Source: Pristiophorus japonicus
Lineage: Eukaryota
Assembly: GCF_044704955.1 (NCBI RefSeq)
Contig: NW_027253510.1
Location: 124,001-188,000, forward strand
DNA: 64,000 nt
Direction of reading: 5' to 3'
The notes below the pieces were generated by a model. The model was given only the letters and a program-made list of their open reading frames with translations, was not told where the DNA came from and ran no database searches. The position numbers and the translations under genes were made by a program. Positions 63,338 through 64,000 of the stretch are shown here, one piece after another; the stretch's first letter is position 1; each line of letters begins with the position of its first letter.

Positions 63338-63416
63338 CTGAAGGACAGGAATCCGAGTCTTTACTCGATTCACCTGACTGCTGTTGAACTATACGTCACC
63401 TTTTGATATTTTACAG

Positions 63417-63565
63417 AGTTATCTGAAAAGTGGTCTCTGAATATCATCATCAGCATTGCAGTCTGTGACCTGGTATTAGCCGCCTTACTCTGCATCTTCA
63501 TAGCCGCAGTATTCTACGTGAAAAAATGGGCATGTTTTCAAAGCAGATTAAAAGCGGAAGGGTAA
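63417..63565 (+). CDS. Transmembrane exon of the multi-VJ receptor
   Basis: Acceptor ttttgatattttacAG (ends 63416), phase 1 matching V3; (E)LSEKWSLNIIISIAVCDLVLAALLCIFIAAVFYVKKWACFQSRLKAEG, a hydrophobic helix followed by KK; ends at TAA 63563-63565 or at a phase-2 donor GG|GTAAAT (63562). Confidence 0.8.
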
Positions 63566-64000
63566 ATACAGTTTCATTTCCTGTCTCATTTCAGTCTGAT
63601 ATTGATTGGTGCAGGGGATGGAAGCAGCCCAAGAATGGGGGCAGACTAGCTGGGGACTGAGGGTTTTCTCTTGCTGTACAGGTCAATAAATACAAACATA
63701 AACAGCATTAAATCACCCAGTTATAAAATACACTGCAACTTCTCAGGTGATTAAAGGAGTTTTGTGTTTTACACCCTCTCTTTCAGTGTTTCTCTCCTTC
63801 TCCTTCTTCTGCCTCTCTCTGTCCATCTGTATCGCCCGCTCTCTCTCTCTCTCTCGCTGCCACACACTCTCATTGTCCCACCTGTTTTTTCCATGTGACT
63901 GTATCTCAACCTTTCCCTCCCTTTCTCTTATTGTCCTTCTGTATCTCTGTCCCGTGCTCTCGTTGTTGTGTTTTCTCTTTCTGCCCTTCCCTCCTTCTGC

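Overview
Eukaryotic, repeat-dominated vertebrate DNA. The repeat repertoire (several CR1 subfamilies with SGNH-esterase ORF1, L2 tails, Deu-type SINEs, Gypsy and Tx1 elements) points to a cartilaginous fish such as a shark; this is inference. Most of the window is retroelement sequence: about ten CR1 copies (one with an intact 968-aa ORF2), three Gypsy elements, a decayed retrovirus-like pol/env fragment, a full-length Tx1 LINE and several minisatellites. Between them, on the + strand, lies one host gene. It has three phase-1/phase-1 exons (25073-25426, 53372-53716, 60772-61119), each a complete antigen-receptor-like V domain with the J-like G strand already joined and no RSS. These splice in frame to a transmembrane exon (from 63417) with a central Asp in a DAP12-like 'CDLVLA' motif. 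The predicted protein is a non-rearranging V(J)-V(J)-V(J)-TM receptor with no C1 exon visible; the leader exon was not securely found. Secondary findings: a Tx1 family that appears to have inserted three times at one site in a solo LTR, CR1 5' ends carrying tandem TATA-containing monomers, and chimeric CR1 insertions.
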